Below are positions 7,542-18,000 of a stretch of 64,000 nt of DNA, in pieces (within the stretch, counting starts at the first letter, position 1; each line of letters starts with the position of its first letter). The DNA is from an uncultured bacterium. Its GTDB lineage: Bacteria > Patescibacteriota > Minisyncoccia > UBA6257 > 2-01-FULL-56-20. The DNA is taken from assembly GCA_963719425.1 (NCBI GenBank), contig OY970382.1:135888-199887 (forward strand). The letters run 5' to 3'. Both the position numbers and the translations under genes were made by a program. A model generated the notes under the pieces. The model was not told the DNA's origin. It saw only the letters and a program-made list of their open reading frames with translations, and made no database searches.

Positions 7542-9947
7542 ATGCTCGGCTTTTACATATTTTTGTCCGTTGTCGTTGCCGCCGTCGCGGGCACAGCGAT
7601 CTATTTTATTTTTCGCTCGCTCGCGCGGCGAAGGATAGCGCTGTCCTTGAGCACTTCGGTTTTTCTCATCAAAATTCCGAAGCCAGCCGGGGGATCGGAG
7701 GCCACTCCCGGAGGCTCGGAGAATAAGGATTTCAAGGCGGAACTCGCGCACTTTGAGCAGCTTTTAGGAAGCTTGGCGGCGATCAAGAAACCGTTCACGT
7801 TTGAAGTTGCTGTCCCGCATGTAGGAGAAGAGATCCACTTTTACCTTACCGTGCCGAAACTGTCTTCAGAAGTGGCTGCGAAACAGGTCTTGGGTCTGTG
7901 GAGCGGCGCCTCGGTGGAACGGGTGACAGACGATTTCAATATTTTCAATCCGCACGGCGAGGCTGTCGCGGCGTTCGTAAAGCAGAAGGAGCACTATGGG
8001 CTTCCCATGCGTACCTATAACGAACTCGGCATTGATTCGTTTGAGCCCATCGTGGGCGCGCTCGCGAAGATAAACGAGATCGGCGAGGGGGCAGCGGTGC
8101 AGGTCATCATGCAGCCCGCGCCTGCGGGAACAAAGAAAGAGGTGCAACGCGCAATAGAGCGTTTGAAAAGGGGCGAGCCGTTCAAAAAAGTGTTTCGGAG
8201 CGATTTCATGCGCTCACTCTCCGAGCCGGGGGAGATTTTGAATCCGAAGACCAAAGAGAAAAAAACGGAGGAGAAGCAGGAGCGCGTGGTAGACGAAGAG
8301 GCGGCGAAGGCGCTCCAGGCGAAGATCATGAAGCCGCTTTTCTTTGTAAACGTGCGGCTCGTCGCCTCGGCGGGGTCGCAATTCCAGGCGAATGATATTT
8401 TGGACGGGCTTGCCGCCGGATTCAGCCAGTTTGGGAGTCCTACGCGGAACGATCTCCGAGTGATAAAACCGCGGAACTCCGACAAGCTCATCCGCAAATT
8501 CATCTTCCGTGAATTTGACGCGTCGCAATCCATGACGCTTTCCAGCGAAGAGATCGCGAGCTTTTATCATTTGCCGATCTCGTCTACCGAAACGCCGCAC
8601 GTGAAGTGGCTCAAGTCAAAAGAAGCGCCGCCGCCGGAAAACCTCGCCAAACAAGGAGCGCTCCTCGGCTACAGCAATTTCCGCGGGGAATCAAGACCTA
8701 TTTACATCACGGACGAGGACCGACGCCGCCACATCTACGTGATCGGGCAGACCGGCACCGGGAAGACCACGGAGATTTCAAGCATGCTCATTGAGGATAT
8801 CCAGGCGGGCAAAGGCGTCGCGATCATTGATCCGCACGGGGAGTTCGCGGAGAAAGCGCTCGCCAAGGTGCCGAAGGAACGCGTTGAGGACGTGATCTAT
8901 TTTGACCCAAGCGACCTTGCGCGGCCCATGGGCATCAACATGCTTGATTACAATTTCAGCCGACCGGAGGAGAAAACGTTCATCGTGAACGAGCTTTTGG
9001 GAATTTTTGACAAATTGTATGACCTGAAGACCACGGGCGGTCCGATGTTTGAGCTCTATATGCGCAATGCTCTTCTTCTTCTTATGGAAGACATGCCGAA
9101 CGAGGAGGCGACCCTGATTGAGGTGCCCCGCATTTTCACGGACACTGCGTATCGCGTGCGGAAGCTTGAACGTATCCAGAATCCTACCGTCATTGATTTC
9201 TGGGAAAAGGAGGCGATCAAGACAAGCGGCGAGCAGTCGCTCGCCAACATGGCGGTGTACGTGAGCTCAAAGTTCACCGCCTTCATCTCTAACGACTACA
9301 TGCGGCCGATCATCGGCCAACCGAAGTCGGCGTTCAATTTCCGCGATGCGATGGACAACGGGAAGATTTTACTCATCAACCTTTCAAAAGGGAAGATAGG
9401 CGACCTCAACGCCAACCTGCTCGGCATGATCTTCATCGGGAAGATTTTGATGGCGGCCCTCTCGCGCGTGGAGATCGCGGATGAGTCAAAGCGCCGTGAC
9501 TTTTACCTCTATATTGACGAGTTCCAAAATTTCGCCACCGAGGCGGTTGCGACTATCCTTTCCGAGGCGCGCAAATATCATTTGAGCATGACGATGGCGC
9601 ACCAATTTATCGCGCAGCTTAAAGAGAATATCCGCGATGCCGTCTTCGGCAACGTGGGAACCCAGCTCATATGCCGCGTGGGACCGCAGGACGCGGAATT
9701 CCTCGTGAAGCAATTTGAGCCGGTATTCAACAAGAACGACCTTATCAGTATTGATAATCTGAACGCGTTTGTGCGGCTTCTCGTGAACGGCCAGACCTCG
9801 CGCCCGTTCAATATGAAGATGAACACGTCGTCGTGGGCGCCTGGCAATGCCGAACTCGCCGCGAAGCTCAAAGAGTATTCACGCATAAAGTTCGGACAGG
9901 ACAGGCAGGTGATAGAAGACGAGATCTATCGGCGCCTGCGGGAGTAG
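7542..9947 (+). CDS. membrane-anchored P-loop ATPase, type IV coupling protein-like (VirD4/TraD/FtsK-HerA superfamily)
   Basis: N-terminal TM helix. Walker A IYVIGQTGTGKTT. Walker B FYLYIDEFQNF. C-terminal AHQFIAQL motif resembling T4CP. No other T4SS genes nearby. Confidence 0.55.
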   Translation: MLGFYIFLSVVVAAVAGTAIYFIFRSLARRRIALSLSTSVFLIKIPKPAGGSEATPGGSENKDFKAELAHFEQLLGSLAAIKKPFTFEVAVPHVGEEIHFYLTVPKLSSEVAAKQVLGLWSGASVERVTDDFNIFNPHGEAVAAFVKQKEHYGLPMRTYNELGIDSFEPIVGALAKINEIGEGAAVQVIMQPAPAGTKKEVQRAIERLKRGEPFKKVFRSDFMRSLSEPGEILNPKTKEKKTEEKQERVVDEEAAKALQAKIMKPLFFVNVRLVASAGSQFQANDILDGLAAGFSQFGSPTRNDLRVIKPRNSDKLIRKFIFREFDASQSMTLSSEEIASFYHLPISSTETPHVKWLKSKEAPPPENLAKQGALLGYSNFRGESRPIYITDEDRRRHIYVIGQTGTGKTTEISSMLIEDIQAGKGVAIIDPHGEFAEKALAKVPKERVEDVIYFDPSDLARPMGINMLDYNFSRPEEKTFIVNELLGIFDKLYDLKTTGGPMFELYMRNALLLLMEDMPNEEATLIEVPRIFTDTAYRVRKLERIQNPTVIDFWEKEAIKTSGEQSLANMAVYVSSKFTAFISNDYMRPIIGQPKSAFNFRDAMDNGKILLINLSKGKIGDLNANLLGMIFIGKILMAALSRVEIADESKRRDFYLYIDEFQNFATEAVATILSEARKYHLSMTMAHQFIAQLKENIRDAVFGNVGTQLICRVGPQDAEFLVKQFEPVFNKNDLISIDNLNAFVRLLVNGQTSRPFNMKMNTSSWAPGNAELAAKLKEYSRIKFGQDRQVIEDEIYRRLRE

Positions 9948-10147
9948 CACGCATTTTTTGAACCCGCTCGTGGCTTCGGAAAATCTAACTCGCTCACGAC
10001 GAAAATCTGCCACCCTCTCGCCTTCGGCGGGGGTCCCGGCAGATTTTCGGTTCGCTCGTTGATTTTCCTCGCCACTCCGCTAGGTTCTGCGAAATGCGTG
10101 CTACTCCCGCAGGACGCCTGCGCGTTGGGTCGGTGTATAATATAACC

Positions 10148-10639
10148 ATGGCTATTACATTAACACCTAGCGAGAAAAAGCTCGTTGAATATTCAAAAAG
10201 GGCTGTAGTGAGGTACAACAAGGTGCGCCACAGGAAGGGCGGTATCGATACGCTGTATTCATTTTTGATGTCGGATAGTGGGAAAATTTATGATGGCGCT
10301 TGTTTTGAGGCGAACATCAGCCATGCCGCCGTCTGCGGTGAGCGGCATGCCATTGCGAATATGATTATGAATGAATCCTATAGTGCTAGGATAAAAACCA
10401 TTGTGGTAGCGGACCCAGTTCCAAGGGTGCAGAAAAAAAGCACACCTCCGTGTGGCACCTGCAGGCACCTCATTTGGGCGTATGGGACGCCGGCCACGGC
10501 CGTCATTCTCATGCAGTACGTGCAGGGCAAAAAGGGATGGACATTTCCCAAAATGGAAAAATATACCATCAGAGATTTATATCCGCATCCATGCGAACCG
10601 GCCAATCAGAGCATTTGGGATAATTTTGTGCCGCAGTAA
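10148..10639 (+). CDS. cytidine/deoxycytidylate deaminase-family protein
   Basis: Zinc-binding motifs CGERHAI and PCGTCRH. Start re-chosen at ATG 10148, 6 nt after a TATAAT box (leaderless-like). Confidence 0.65.
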   Translation: MAITLTPSEKKLVEYSKRAVVRYNKVRHRKGGIDTLYSFLMSDSGKIYDGACFEANISHAAVCGERHAIANMIMNESYSARIKTIVVADPVPRVQKKSTPPCGTCRHLIWAYGTPATAVILMQYVQGKKGWTFPKMEKYTIRDLYPHPCEPANQSIWDNFVPQ

Positions 10640-10795
10640 AGAAAAACCTCTCGCAAGAGAGATTTTTCGTATGCCTGCTGTCAACCTTATTACGTCGACT
10701 GGGACTACCGCCCCGCAGGCATGTTTTTATGGTAGCGCGCGGCGTTGGGATGTCAACTGCTGTTTAATGATTTTTTAATGTTAGAATGAATCTAT

Positions 10796-11890
10796 ATGGC
10801 GGTGAAGTTTTTGAGTAAAACGAAGGGGAGCGCGCTCGCGGGGACGGCGCTTTTGCGACTGGATTTTAACACGGAGGACGATTGGCGGATGCGGGCGGTA
10901 CTACCCACGATCAAATTTTTATTGAAGCGTTCCTCAAAGATTGTGATCGTGAGCCACCGCGGGCGACCGAAAGGGTTTGAGAAAAAATTCAGCTTGCGGC
11001 GGGACGCGGCAATCCTCTCGCGGCTTTTAGGAAGGAAGGTTTCGTTTATTGGCCATTTTCGGTTTAGGGAAATAAAGCGTGTGGTCGCCGCTGCGCCGCG
11101 CGGTTCGGTATTCCTCCTGGAAAATTTGCGGTTCATGAAGGGGGAGGAGACGAACGATCCGCGGTTTGCGCGGCAGCTTGCATCACTCGCGGACTTTTAT
11201 GTGAACGATGCGTTCGCGGTCTCGCATCGGGCGAATGCTTCCATTGCCGCGATCACACGGTTCCTGCCAAGCTACGCGGGATTGGAGTTGGAGAACGAAA
11301 TCGTGTCGCTCTCGCGCGTAATGCGAAGGCCGAAGCATCCTCTGGTTCTCATTCTCGGCGGCGCGAAAGCGGCGGACAAGCTGGGTGTCATCAAATATTT
11401 CAGAACAAAGACAGATTGGTTTCTCTTGGGCGGTGGTCCGGCGAACACCGTTCTTTTTCTCAAGGGAATTGATGTTCAAGAATCCGTTCGCGATCGCGAT
11501 CCGAAGGATTTGAAAGAGCTCAAAACGGTCGCGAGTTACAAAAACATCGTTTTGCCGGACGATTTTGTCTGGCACGACGGCAGGGTCTGGGATATCGGTC
11601 CGAAAGCGGTCCAAATTTTCAGCAAAAAGATCGGCGAGGCACGCACGATTCTTTGGAGTGGACCGCTCGGCCTTATAGAACAGAGAAAATATGCACGCGG
11701 AAGCGTGGCCGTGGCACGCGCCGTCACGCGGAACCGGCGCGCGTTTTCCGTCGCGGGCGGCGGCGAGACCGTGATGTTCCTCAAAAAATACAAGCTGGAT
11801 AAGAAATTTAGTTTTATCTCTACCGGCGGCGGCGCGATGATTGATTTCCTGGCCGGAAAAAAGTTGCCGGGAATAGAGGCGTTGCGGTAA
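10796..11890 (+). CDS. pgk: phosphoglycerate kinase (divergent)
   Basis: Motifs IVSHRGRPKG, ENLRF, GGAKAADKLGVI, GGGPANTVL, DIGP, WSGPLGLIE, AGGGET. Confidence 0.8.
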   Translation: MAVKFLSKTKGSALAGTALLRLDFNTEDDWRMRAVLPTIKFLLKRSSKIVIVSHRGRPKGFEKKFSLRRDAAILSRLLGRKVSFIGHFRFREIKRVVAAAPRGSVFLLENLRFMKGEETNDPRFARQLASLADFYVNDAFAVSHRANASIAAITRFLPSYAGLELENEIVSLSRVMRRPKHPLVLILGGAKAADKLGVIKYFRTKTDWFLLGGGPANTVLFLKGIDVQESVRDRDPKDLKELKTVASYKNIVLPDDFVWHDGRVWDIGPKAVQIFSKKIGEARTILWSGPLGLIEQRKYARGSVAVARAVTRNRRAFSVAGGGETVMFLKKYKLDKKFSFISTGGGAMIDFLAGKKLPGIEALR

Positions 11891-11953
11891 AATATTCTGT
11901 TCACCACGTAACGCGCAGCGTGCCGGCGAATGAATGAGTGAGCAAAAAGACGG

Positions 11954-12898
11954 ATGAAATACGATATCTATTTTCACAATGATTTTGACGGCAGGGCGAG
12001 TGCCGCCGTGATGCTTGCTTTTTTGCGGAGCCGTGGCGACGACAATGAACGTTATGTTGCCATGACCTACGGGAGCGAGAAGGGATGGCTCCGGCAAGAC
12101 CTCACGAAGAAACGGAATCCGGCGATTGTCGTGGATTTCGTCTATCATCCGGGTACGACGTGGTGGTTTGATCATCATCCAACCACGTTCAGGAATAAAA
12201 AGTGGAAGCAGGCATTCAAACCGGACAAATTTCATTGCCATGACGCTTCGTATAAATCGGCGTGCCATCTTATCTACGACTCGCTCAAGAAAAATTTCGG
12301 ATGGAAGCCGCCGGCGCACTTCACGGAACTTGTGCGATGGCTTGATGTGATTGATGGCGCGATGTACCGTTCGCCGCGGGAAACGATTGAAATGAAGTCC
12401 CCGGCGCTTCGGATCAACGCCCTCATAGAAGCGGCGTCGCACACGGAGGCGGAGGATCGCTTTCTCATCGGGCTTCTCGCGGAGCGGCCGCTTGTGTGCG
12501 TGGTCGCAGTTCCCCGCATCGCACGTGCCATAAGCGCACTGCGGAAAAAAGTGCGGGAGAGCATGCGGTTCTACAAAACGAACCTCCGCGCTTTCGGGAA
12601 GGCGACGCTTATTGATGTGACGGACGATCCCTTGCGCGGACTTTTGCGCTTTGCGCCGTACTATTTTTATCCAAAGACCATTTACAGTTTCCGTTTGAGG
12701 AAAAAGGGACCCCGGGTGTGGTATCTCGGCGTGGGAGTCGCTCCGTGGCGGCGCGCGGCAAATCGGTTTGACCTGGGACTCCTCCTGCGGCGGCGCTACC
12801 GGGGGGGCGGGCACAAAGACGTGGCGGCGACGTCATTTAAAACGAAGGGAGATGCTGTGCGAGCGTTCAAGAAACTTAATGCATTGCTGAACCGATAA
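11954..12898 (+). CDS. DHH-family phosphoesterase (NrnA/RecJ-like)
   Basis: HNDFDGRASAAV (DHH motif I/II-like) and FDHHP (motif III). Confidence 0.55.
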   Translation: MKYDIYFHNDFDGRASAAVMLAFLRSRGDDNERYVAMTYGSEKGWLRQDLTKKRNPAIVVDFVYHPGTTWWFDHHPTTFRNKKWKQAFKPDKFHCHDASYKSACHLIYDSLKKNFGWKPPAHFTELVRWLDVIDGAMYRSPRETIEMKSPALRINALIEAASHTEAEDRFLIGLLAERPLVCVVAVPRIARAISALRKKVRESMRFYKTNLRAFGKATLIDVTDDPLRGLLRFAPYYFYPKTIYSFRLRKKGPRVWYLGVGVAPWRRAANRFDLGLLLRRRYRGGGHKDVAATSFKTKGDAVRAFKKLNALLNR

Positions 12899-12899
12899 C

Positions 12900-13514
12900 A
12901 TGGCGGCAAAGAGAAAGTGTTATGCCTACTTCGTGCCGAGCGAGAATCGGCAGGGGATAACCGACGATTGGGGCGAGTGTGAGGCAATCGTTTCGGGGAA
13001 AGTCGGCGCGCGGTATAAAGCGTTTGAAACACGCGAGGACGCGGAGCAGTGGCTTGCGCGCGGCGCGGTGTACGAGATTAAGAAGCCGCCGCCGAAGCTC
13101 GCGCGCGGCATCTATTTTGATGCAGGGACGGGCAGGGGCGAAGGAGTGGAGGTGAGCGTGACTGACGAGAAAGGAAAGAATCTGCTCCACAAGGCGCTTT
13201 CAAAAAAAGAACTCAATGACTTTGGGAAGCATTTGGTTGGTGATTCCTCGGCCACGAACAATTACGGCGAATTGTTGGCTTTAAAATACGCGCTCAAGAT
13301 TGCGCGGAAGGAGAAAGTGAAAAAAATATTCGGTGACAGCAGATTGGTGATTGACTATTGGTCGCGATGGCATATCAAGCGCAAAGAACTTCCGGAGGAA
13401 ACCGTGGCGCTCGCGCACGAGGTGGCGAAACTGCGCGAGAAATTTGAAAAAAATGGAGGGGTTGTGGCACGTATTTCTGGTGCGCACAACCCCGCAGATT
13501 TAGGGTTCCATTAG
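12900..13514 (+). CDS. rnhA: ribonuclease HI with N-terminal hybrid-binding (caulimovirus viroplasmin-like) domain
   Basis: N-terminal YAYFVPS...GIT..W...YKAFETREDAEQW domain. RNase H motifs GDSSATNNYGELLAL and ...GAHNPADLG. Confidence 0.7.
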   Translation: MAAKRKCYAYFVPSENRQGITDDWGECEAIVSGKVGARYKAFETREDAEQWLARGAVYEIKKPPPKLARGIYFDAGTGRGEGVEVSVTDEKGKNLLHKALSKKELNDFGKHLVGDSSATNNYGELLALKYALKIARKEKVKKIFGDSRLVIDYWSRWHIKRKELPEETVALAHEVAKLREKFEKNGGVVARISGAHNPADLGFH

Positions 13515-13801
13515 GGGAACGAGGGGTGTGGTGTTTTGGGAAACGTCATCCCCGCTACAAATTTTCCCCCAAGAACTTCAGCAATACGAATGAGAAGGCC
13601 AGTGCGAGGATCGGCGATTCCATTCTCAATGTCAGCAAGGTAACTTTCACTTATCTGGCAACGCTTCGCGCAATCTTTGAGCGTAAGTGAGATTGCCTCG
13701 CGCCTAATTCGTATTTGTTCCCCAACTATCTCTTGGGGGCTTGGCCGATTCATCCCTGACCGTACCGACCCTTCTTCGGGTTCGATTTCCTCATCCGCCA
13801 T
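13511..13801 (-). CDS. XRE-family helix-turn-helix transcriptional regulator
   Basis: HTH_3-like segment ISLTLKDCAKRCQISESYLADIENG. Alternative start at 13753. Divergent from rnpB promoter region. Confidence 0.6.
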   Translation of the reverse strand: MADEEIEPEEGSVRSGMNRPSPQEIVGEQIRIRREAISLTLKDCAKRCQISESYLADIENGIADPRTGLLIRIAEVLGGKFVAGMTFPKTPHPSFP

Positions 13802-13911
13802 ATCTTTTCTCCTACTTGGATTTGTTTACCTCTGAGTTTAGGATAAGGAATTGCGCACGGTGTTTCAAGAGGCAAATTTGCCAAAATCTTGACTTGTGGT
13901 ACAATGCCCTT

Positions 13912-14336
13912 GCTGGCAATCCAGACGGTCGCTCGGTTGCGCCGCGCAAGCGGCGCCGGCCGGGAGGAAAGTCCGGACACCCACGCTTCGCCGCAAGGCG
14001 AAGGTTAAAACGGTAGCGGCTAACAGCCGCACGGCGAAAGCCGAGAGGTGCGATCAGTGACGCCCCGTTCCGAAAGGTTCGGGGGAGCCCGATCCCAAGC
14101 TAGACGGCTCAACTCCGCGATAGGGACAAGAAAGCGGAGGTGAAACGGCAAAACCCTTACCGGGTGCAAGGCCGCGCTCCGGCGAAAGTCGGAGAGTGCC
14201 GCACGAGCCCAGCACCATTTTTCACAAAATGGTGCTGGCCGAGCCCGCGAGCAATCAAGGGCCCAGAGAAATGACCGTCCCTCAGCTGCAGATTTTGCGG
14301 CTGGGCGACAGAATCCGGCTTACCGGATTGCCAAAA
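13912..14336 (+). ncRNA. rnpB: RNase P RNA (bacterial type A)
   Basis: Conserved P4 strands GGAAAGTCCGGAC (about 13967-13979) and ACAGAATCCGGCTTA (about 14308-14322). P1 pairing TGGCAAT/ATTGCCA at the ends. Extended -10 promoter TGgTACAAT at about 13896-13905. Terminator follows. Confidence 0.85.
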
Positions 14337-14337
14337 G

Positions 14338-14365
14338 CAAAAATGCCCCGCAAGGGGCATTTTTG
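14338..14365 (+). terminator. rho-independent terminator of rnpB
   Basis: Hairpin ATGCCCCGCAAGGGGCAT followed by TTTTT. Confidence 0.8.
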
Positions 14366-15016
14366 TTGAGGCAATACAAGGCGCACCGGCGCAACAATAA
14401 AAGACTTATGTGCTGCCCGACAAGGCGAGAAGAGGTTTTCTGTGCGCGCTCTGAACGTACTGAACCTACCACAGTGAGGCTTCACAAGCATCCTTTGGGG
14501 TCATTTTGAAAAATGAAAACAGCTCTCAGTAGCGTCCGTTATAAGGGGTTTTCAAGGAGCTTTGAGGGGTACAAACTGGACAAAGCGGACTCTATAGGGG
14601 CATTCCGGACGCGTCCGGTTTGACTGATTAAAAAAATTGTCGTCTTGTATTGGATGATGATATTGAGGACAGAAGAGACTGCCGCGAAGGGTACGACTTG
14701 CCTTTATATGCATAAGCCGTTCCGGCAATCTACATCTTACGGCTTGGTATGCGGCTTTATGATAGAAAAAAGAATATACTTGAAACAAGACGATATTGAT
14801 AAAAAGGATTTTACGGATAAGGCCGACGCATCGAACGGAAGCGAATATGCGATCGGAGAAAAGGAAGACCAATTCGACGGGACGGATTTGCCACTGCCAC
14901 GACCATTGAAATCGCCATAAAATGGACATTGTACATCTCAATCTGCAGGAAAATATATCATGAATCTATGGGTTTAATCGGCTTAGAGATTGGCAACTAC
15001 AGAAATCTCAATAGCA

Positions 15017-18000
15017 ATGAAAAGAAAAAATAAGAGAAAATTAAAAGAAAGTTGGAAAGCTATAGCAGGAATTGCGGTTATAGTAGGAATTCTTGAGGCC
15101 GTAGATGTATTTGCGGGAATTAATTTCAATAACTTCCCTCAGTGGGTCGTAGCCGAATGTGTCAAAAAGAATTACCCACTATGTGGTAACACTATAACTG
15201 TTCAAGCTATATGTCTTCTTGCTTCCATACTCTTAATACTCGGCATAATAGAACTTATTTCGGCTTCTTTAAAACAAAACAGAAAATATTTTGAATTAGT
15301 CGATTTCGAAAAACCAACTGGTGAAGTCAGAAGAGAGGCGCTTGAGGGAATCCTGAATTCAGAAAAAGCCAAGCCCTCGTTTGTGCATGTCGCCCCAATC
15401 AGTGAAGAAGTTGAGAGCTCTTTTAAGAAACTGGACAAAGAGGGCTTTCTTTGGATAAGCGGCAGGCCGGGTGAGGGGAAAACCATGCTGGCTTATCATG
15501 TTCTTTATAAATTCTTTAAGCAAGGATACAAAATCTATGAGCTTAAGACCGATCTCATCAATAAAGACCTTGTCAGTGACGAAAAGAAACTTGAACAGAT
15601 AGTCGGTGAATTAGATATTTTAAAGGGAGGCAAGAGAAAAATAATATTGATTGACGACGCGCATAAGCTTGAGCCGAAGTTTGAAGATGGCCTAATGTCT
15701 GAAATTAGAGATGAAGCAGAAGAAAAAATAAATGGAAAATTTTTTGGGATAGACACGAATTATTTGGGAACAAAGGAATTAGACCAATCCAGTTCAATCG
15801 CTCTTAACTTCGACGAATTTTACAAGACGACGTTTTTTAAAAAATTATACCAATCCGAAGACCCATTAATAAAAGAGGTTGTCGAAAATAGATGCATCAA
15901 TCTAGAGGGGGCGATTAAGCAAAAGGAAGTGGATCACGAAATAAAAGACCCGTGGCATTTTAACTTTATCGCTACCAAGGGAGAAGAAAGAATAACCGAG
16001 GCGTTAAACGACCTTGGCGGCGGGAATGAAGCAAAACGCAGAATATTAAGAATAGCAATATTTTTATTCTCGGTTCGGAATATAATTACGGGAGAAAAAG
16101 AAATTACCGAAATCGATTTTATTGATAAGGTGTTGCCAACTATCAATAATGAGTACGTTTATAATCCTTATCAGTCCGATCCCCTTAAGATAATCATTGA
16201 TTTAGTTCAGGAGAATCGCAGATTATTGATTATTAACGACGAAAGTTCCTTTCAGAGGAATCTCTTGAAAGCACCGCACTACAGATCGTCCATCGCAATT
16301 GTTAAACGGCTTACTGAACTATGTGACGAAAATGAAGTAGAGCGGATGATTGATGCCTCCAAGATATTTCTTAAAAACGATTATAAGGACAGCGCGTATC
16401 TCGGCGTTTATTTTTCCTCAATCGGAAAGTATCAAACGTATTTTCTTAACGAAAATAAGAACTGGGTTAAGGGCTTTTTGACCAACGTAATTGTTGAGCA
16501 ACTTCAAGTTTATCCCTTTTTCTTGAACATTCTGAGAGAGTATCATGAAGAATTTTTTAGAAAATTGATCACCGACGAATATTTTGATACTATTGCCCCT
16601 GAAATATCATCGTCTAGTGCCAATAAATTTAGCGCAATTGCGGCTTTCCTTACGGCTTTGAAAGACAAGAGGGGCGAACTTATCGGCAGATTGAACTTTG
16701 AAAAACTGGCTGAAGTGGCCAATAAGGCCGGGGCGGATCAACTCTCACAAGTAGCGGAATTCCTTGGAGCTTTGAAAGACAAGAGGGGCGAACTTATCGG
16801 CAGATTGAGCTTTGAAAAACTGGCTGGAGCGGCCAATAAGGCAACGGTGTATCAACTCAAGCAAGTAGCGGCTTTCCTTACGGCTTTGAAAGACAAGAGG
16901 GGCGAACTTATCGGCAGATTGAACTTTGAAAAACTGGCTGAAGTGGCCAATAAGGCCGGGGCGGATCAACTCTCACAAGTAGCGGAATTCCTTGGAGCTT
17001 TGAAAGACAAGAGGGGCGAACTTATCGGCAGATTGAGCTTTGAAAAACTGGCTGGAGCGGCCAATAAGGCCGGAGTGGACCAACTCGAACAAGTAGCGAA
17101 CTTTCTTCAAACATTGGGAAACGAGAGAAATAAACTCGTTGAGAAATTTGACTTTGAAAAACTGGCTGGAGCGGCCAATAAGGCAACGGTGTATCAACTC
17201 AAGCAAGTAGCGGCTTTCCTTACGGCCTTGGAAGACAAAAAGGGCGAACTTATCGGCAGATTGGACTTTGAAAAACTGGCCGAAGCGGCCAATAAGGCCG
17301 GAGTGGAGCAATTCGCGCAACTCGAAGCGATTTTAAATGTATTGGGAAACGAGAGAAACAAACTCATTGAGAAATTTGACTTTGAAAAACTGGCTGGAGC
17401 GGCCAATAAGGCAACGGTGTATCAACTCAAGCAAGTAGCGGACCTTCTAGGAGCTTTAAAAGACAAGAGGAAGAAACTTTCGCAATATTTCGTCACTGAA
17501 GTCATTTTACGTTATTCTAAATTATTAGGTAGAGATCAAATCCCTTCTTTTTGTATAATAGTGGCAAATTTGGATAAGCAGAAAAAAAATCAAGTAATCC
17601 AAAACATCGACTGGGCTTCCTTATTAGACTTGACGCCTATCAATCATCCCGATATCATTAAGCATCTTTCTTATATCCTAGACTACCACAATACAAAGTG
17701 CAATTTGCTTAATCAAGATGCAAATGATAAAAGAATACGAGATTATTTAAGTATCAATAGGAATAAGATTATTTATTTTTCTACTTGTTTGTTCTCGCCA
17801 CCGGACGGTTATCAAAGCGCTGCATATGTTTTGGATGCATTATACCCGCACGCGATTGACATTTCTAAAACAATTGTTGGAAACCTGGAATATAAAATAA
17901 TAAGCCAATTTAAGATTTCGCCTCTTTATTACCATAGTTTTTCACATTTGCTTGATGCTATCCATCGAATTCACCCTCCAGCAAGCAACGCTATTCTTTC

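Noticed and set aside
11183-12814. 543-aa minus-strand ORF antisense to pgk and the DHH gene
   Set aside because: Arg-rich, no motifs, fully antisense to two genes with clear catalytic motifs.
16630-17480. Possible CRISPR array suggested by regularly spaced repeats
   Set aside because: Repeats are contiguous 114-bp units with no unique spacers and are in-frame within a protein-coding gene. This is a coding tandem repeat, not CRISPR. No CRISPR array seen anywhere in the window.
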